Of a DNA stretch of 64,000 nucleotides, positions 60,966 to 64,000 are shown piece after piece. Origin of the DNA: Botryllus schlosseri (lineage: Eukaryota). Each line of letters opens with the position of its first letter. Within the stretch, counting starts at the first letter, position 1. The stretch spans positions 2,108,001-2,172,000 of the forward strand of contig CM119380.1 in the NCBI GenBank assembly GCA_051294905.1, read 5' to 3'. Both the position numbers and the translations under genes were made by a program. The notes below the pieces were generated by a model, which worked only from the letters and a program-made list of their open reading frames with translations, had not been told where the DNA came from and ran no database searches.

Positions 60966-61510
60966 AACTGATTAGAATAAAAACTGCGAGAACACAAACA
61001 GCCGCTGTGACCGGTGTTGATAATATGTGTCACTCACTTGACGTCACAATGCACATTCTGCTTTTTCTGTAAACATGCCCATATTGGAACTTTCACTCAA
61101 AATTACGGCAATTTCCGATTGAGTTGAAACACGGAGAGTCGGTAATTTCGTAATGAAAAAAAATTCTGAACATGATTCCGCAAAGTTGTCATGAAGATGC
61201 AGTTGACCTTTAAGGTATATTATTATTGCCAATATTCTCACCAATGAACCGTGACCGGCGGTAAGTCAGCATCCGGGACTCTGGCAATTTGCTATTTCGA
61301 ATATACGGGGATGCGCGCTCTGCGTCGTCAGTCAGTCAGTCGACAGAAAGAGATATATATATTCATTGATTTTGAGTTAATCACATTTATGATTATCGTT
61401 GATTTTAGTTCATGAGTTATGTCATCTGCTTAATCGATTTCGTATGAAGTACCGGTATCGCTCGTGACTGAAAATTCAATGAACTTGCCATTGCCATAAG
61501 CAGTTAGCAG

Positions 61511-62026
61511 TAGGGCTGGGCAAAATCGAGTACCCGGGTGATTCGATTCTGAATCAAGTATTTTGCTTCGAGTCGAGTCGAGTAATCGAGTATCACTTAT
61601 TATGACGTCATAACCGGATATAGTATTTCAAAGTACAAATATGTACCTTTTATGCTACAACAAAGAATATAATGTACGTTATCCATCATATTACAGATAG
61701 CTAGGTATTTTTGGACCACACTGATTTCATTTCACTGGGCGGCAATGTTGTGGAATGATCATGACTTCAGAAATGCGTTATTCCCAGTAACGTTTGTAGC
61801 TTTGTACTATATGTATTGTATGCTACGGTACGACCAGTCAAGGTTTCAAGGCTTCGTCGGTGAAAATTGACATCGAAACTATAATTCTTGTTGATAAATT
61901 AACTTTCAGCCGCGAGGAGCGTATAATTTCAGTACTCGAAAAAATCTTATTTTACTACTCGACTCGAATCATTAAAATTACTACTCGATTCAGATTCGAC
62001 TACTCGAATCATTATGCCCAGCCCTA
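61511..62026. mobile_element. hAT-type MITE with TACTCGA/TCGAC subterminal repeats
   Basis: TIR tagggctgggca; exact 8-bp TSD gttagcag (61503-61510 and 62027-62034). Confidence 0.92.
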
Positions 62027-62379
62027 GTTAGCAGTACCTCAGAGATGAGCATGATGCATCTGATGACCCGATCTACTGTTTTTCTGCTGATAACTTGTTT
62101 GGTGGGAAGGTAATTCAAGTAAACAACGGGTGATTATAATGCAAGCAATTAGCTAGGAAAAGTACGTTCTCATATTCATGCATACCATAGATAGAGCTAT
62201 TGGGTACGGTATTCAAACTGGTTCTGTATTTAGTTTTACCATCAGTAGCTGCATATTTAGAATTTGGATTTTCATTATGACCGTTGCAAGGATAGATCTT
62301 GTTTGAATGAAAGGAACTCTTCTGATATCTAATTGTAACTTGTGATTTCAGTCCTAAATAATTATGAGACTTAGTTACA

Positions 62380-63600
62380 TTCAATACCAACAACAAGATC
62401 ATTACTGCGTGCACAAAAGAAGATATACCATCATCTGCTGCACTAAATATGATTTGGTGCCGGAATTCTTGAATATTCAGTGTTATGATAAGGGGTTTAC
62501 TGATTGGTTTGATCTGTCTGATGCTGATGTAAAAGGAAATGATCGGATTAGAGTTCTTGTTATGGGTAAGTTTAGGCATGACTTCAATTATCAATTTTTT
62601 CACCTCTATACCCCATTTTCCTAGAAAATGTACTAAGCGTTTGCGACAGCAGCATCACTAGCGTCTCCCTAACTGTGGATTCATCTGAACGTAATGTAAT
62701 GGATGATTCAGTTGAATCATTACTGGATTCATCTGAATCTATTGTGACGAATGATCCAGTTGAATCATCACCTTCACGTTCATAACAACGATGGCCTGTG
62801 GTCTACGACATCCCAGCTTTTCCTCAATACTTGGTGCATGGGAGCGCTGGCAATATTGTAATTCCATCAAGACTGAGAAAAGAGATCAAGACAATTCTCT
62901 TTCAAGATCCTTTGCGATATACTTAGTAAGTATAATTCTATTCAATTCATCCATCCTATTTTGTTTTGAAACTCGTGCATGCATTTCGTTAGTTTGGATA
63001 GATATCAGATAACTATATGCGGATCTATCTAACAGGCACCCAACTGCGCATCAGTATCGAGAAGAATGCTTGGCATTATTAAGAAACTCTCCAGTTTTGA
63101 AAGACAATAACGAAGAAAATTCCAGCTAGGTAAGCTGCATGTAACTGTAGTCCTGGGCAAGTGCGCAATGGGCATAGTCATAATACACTGAGTGGGTTCC
63201 CGAGACTATTCAAGGATTACTAGATGAGAGTATTATTTCATGAAATTGTGTGGCATTGCTAATTTTCCGCTAACAACTTTTTTCGAATGAATTCAAGTGC
63301 AGTGGCTCTCTAACTTCTGCCGTTGAGATGCAATTGTAATAACTTGTTTGACTTGCGCCGCACCAATAATCTTGGCTTTCACAATAAGATAGTCTCGTAC
63401 CAGCCAGTTACATACAGTTGGATTCATTTCTGAAAACTACACGCGTTCAAAATAAATATCGGAACGCTATAAGTGATCATCGATGGTTCTAATAACCTGT
63501 GTCTGCTTTATAGGTGATGGAGTGGTGGATTGGCGTGCTGGTATACCAACCATGTTTGCAGAAGGATACGACAATTTTCTTCATATTGGAGAGGTAAGCT
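62380..63600 (+). pseudogene. Possible EnSpm-type accessory gene fragments
   Basis: Exon-like pieces ..IQCYDKGFTDWFDL.D.DV...DRIRVLV|gtaag and ..HPT.HQY..CLALL..P.LKD. Resemblance only. Confidence 0.3.
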
Positions 63601-63686
63601 GTTCGTAGATAGATGGTGTATAATAGACATTGTTAAAACTAAACAGTTAGTTAGTTGATGATCAACTAGCTAACTTTTTTTGATGA

Positions 63687-64000
63687 GTTGTAGTTCTAAT
63701 TGCTGATTTTGAAAATTCAGTAGTTGTAGTTCTAGTTACTGATTTTAAAAATTAATCAGTAGTTGTAATTAGTTGCTGATATTGAAAATTCAGTAGTTGT
63801 AGTTCTAGTTGCTGATTTTGAAAATTCAGTAGTTGCAGTTCTAGTTGCTGATTTTGAAAATTCAGTAGTTGTAGTTCTAGTTGCTGATTTTGAAAATTCA
63901 GTAGTTGTAGTTAGCTGCTGATATTGAAAATTTAGTAGTTCTAGTTCTAGTTACTGATTTTGAAAATTCAGTAGTTGTGATTCTAGTTACTAATTTTGAA
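63687..64000. repeat. 36-bp tandem repeat GCTGATTTTGAAAATTCAGTAGTTGTAGTTCTAGTT, running off the window end
   Basis: At least 8 copies visible, some with 2-3 bp indels. Confidence 0.95.

Larger units (their letters stand above)
58651..61209. mobile_element. Kolobok element B
   Basis: Perfect 16-bp TIR aggtcaactgcatctt; exact TTAA TSD (58647-58650 and 61210-61213); convergent transposase and KolX-like remnants. Confidence 0.9.

Noticed and set aside
63687-64000. Mucin-like coding repeat (the minus strand reads TRTTTTEFSKSA per 36 bp) or a CRISPR array
   Set aside because: Several units carry 2-3-bp indels that break the frame, and units are contiguous with no unique spacers.
1-64000. tRNA, rRNA or other structured RNA genes, and most ORFs under 100 aa in the supplied track
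   Set aside because: No cloverleaf, A/B-box or rRNA signature was recognised. The short ORFs are antisense or off-frame shadows of transposon sequence.

Overview
Eukaryotic (metazoan, most likely invertebrate) DNA: AT-rich, CpG not obviously depleted, short GT-AG introns, no prokaryotic gene organisation, and no recognisable host housekeeping gene, RNA gene or CRISPR array. The window is a densely nested transposon cluster. Reading termini, target-site duplications (TSDs) and protein motifs by eye, I resolve: two CR1/L2-type LINEs; a decayed and two TIR-bounded PIF/Harbinger elements (49799-53626 looks fully intact, with a spliced transposase and a MADF-BESS gene); hAT elements (Charlie-type, ZMYM1/TTF-type, hATm-type and many MITEs); Sola1, MULE-like (with ULP protease and PHD), ISL2EU-like (with YqaJ exonuclease), P-like, piggyBac, two Kolobok elements (with P2X7-ballast-like genes) and EnSpm-like remnants; plus a USP-type deubiquitinase pseudogene split by a MITE. 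The best candidates for something undescribed are (i) an apparently bipartite P-like element whose catalytic core and THAP/C-terminal domains sit in two convergent genes (40031-43182) and (ii) a TIR/TSD-bounded foldback element built from head-to-head telomere-like TTAGGG arrays (4813-6249). Family assignments come from motif recognition only; no database search was run.
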